Source of the DNA: Stegostoma tigrinum
Lineage: Eukaryota
Length of the DNA: 64,000 bases
Assembly: GCF_030684315.1 (NCBI RefSeq)
Contig: NC_081369.1
Coordinates: 2,408,689 to 2,472,688 of the forward strand
Direction: 5' to 3'
Positions 62,581 to 64,000 of this stretch are shown here, in pieces; the stretch's first letter is position 1, and every line of letters starts with the position of its first letter. The notes beneath the pieces are model-generated. The model did not search any database, was not told the origin of the DNA, and worked only from the letters and a program-made list of their open reading frames with translations. The position numbers and the translations under genes were made by a program.

Positions 62581-64000
62581 GTCACGTTGCATCGCGGGAA
62601 GTGGAGCTTGTCTGAAAATGATTATTATTTTCTGAGCATATCACAGCGCAACAAAATTAATATCAATCATTGAGCCTACCCAATTTAATGGCTGGTGTCC
62701 AAAGTGGGATGTGAGAGACTTGACAGGTGTAAACTGTACCGCTCTGAACGGGTTCTGTCTCAGTTCGGTTTCTGGAAGCCTCATACAGCCCTCATACTTA
62801 ATTCTGCAGTTTGACATGTTCCGTCCCGGTTGCAATTTCTGATTCATTTTTGTACGAAGTGATGTTCAGGTTATCTGGGAACAACGCAGCGGTTATGCAG
62901 AGAAGGGTTGGAGGAACAGTTGCTCCGTTCTACGGCAGCTTGATGACTATTTTGAGTAGAGTCGGAGGGATTGACAAAAAAAGAAAGCTTTTGTTTTTCA
63001 GCCTGCATTTAATTTGAAACATCGATGCAGAATTCCGTCACAAGCGCAAGCAGAACCGGAAAACCGCAAAGATCGTGCACTTAGATAGTAAGTAGTTAAA
63101 ACTGTGTAGTTCAAAAAATCCGCTGGTTCTTTTGGAAGAGGAATCGGAAATGTTCGTCAGCGCCGAATTACAGTCGTTTAAAGGGGAAAAGTTTGAACTA
63201 ATATCGCAGTTTTAACATCAGAGGTGGAATCAAAACAAGTGTTGATTTTAAATTTTCGTCGGCAAAACACCTCTTCTATCTCTGAATTCACAAGTTGATT
63301 ATTTCAGTGACTCAATCTTCTGCCATTTTTCTCCAAGTATTAACTGTGCAAGACATCATATTTCGAATAATTCATGCCAGCTATGAGATGTATGTTCCTT
63401 CAGTGTGATTTCCCTTCTGGGAGCGAGATACTTATATCCCCACCACCAGAGAGATCGCTTTTGAGAGCACAATAAAAACTCCCGACACAAAATACAAGAA
63501 GTGGATGTGATCAACTGAGTGAAACTCGCACTCAACAAATTATAAACTTAATGTAAACTCAGCGGAAGTGCATGCAAGGTTTAAGTAAATACGCTTTCGT
63601 GTTCATTGGGAACCGTAACATTTCTTGAGCGAGGTATCTGTCATAGCCCACATCTAATTTAAAAAAAACAAAAGTCAGACTGGGTTTGTATGCGTTGAAA
63701 CGTGGAAAACGGAGAGGAGATTTTATTGAATTTTAATAGCATCATGGAGGATTTGGCACTGTAGATGCACAAAAGGTTATCTGCCCTATGGGATAGGCTA
63801 AAACTAGTGAGCACAATCTCAGAATAAGAGGTCACTCATTTAAAACGGAAATAAGGTAGAAATTGTTCTGTTGGAGCGTAGTGTGTAGAATTCTTTACCG
63901 CAGTGGGCTACTAAGATTCGATTAGCAGTATATTCTATACTACCATGGACATACTTTTCATTAGTGACTACATCAAGGGTTATAGGGAAAGGCAGGAAAG

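Noticed and set aside
1-64000. CRISPR arrays, rRNA or prokaryotic operons
   Set aside because: No regular repeat-spacer arrays or rRNA signatures; the content is eukaryotic and the dispersed repeats are retroelement termini.

Overview
Repeat-dense vertebrate genomic DNA. The repeat set (HE1-type tRNA SINEs, HER1/CR1 LINEs, abundant Penelope-like elements) points to a cartilaginous fish, probably a shark; this is inferred. There are two N-gaps. The one convincing host gene is a minus-strand, six-exon immunoglobulin-superfamily receptor: leader 13474-13555, germline VJ-type V exon 12833-13144, C1 exon 11827-12132, TM exon 3532-3639, cytoplasmic exon 3034-3077 and a probable last exon 870-968 (about 316 aa). 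It has the layout of a non-rearranging antigen-receptor-like (VJ-C1-TM) protein. Its long C1-TM intron holds an old, internally deleted class III (ERV-L/S-like) provirus with env remnants (5271-10484), whose 5' LTR carries a ~340-bp fold-back duplication. The provirus-plus-C1 block was segmentally duplicated (~39650-51067). That second copy is a pseudogene, cut by a CR1 and hit by several Penelope insertions with clear TSDs, and it has lost CpGs that the first copy keeps. Penelope termini carry minimal hammerhead ribozyme motifs and repeatedly form small palindromic elements. Also present: a young CR1 with an 868-codon open frame, a solo LTR, a putative TIR element and a CpG-rich, largely unexplained 53.5-64 kb region. 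All alignments were done by eye.
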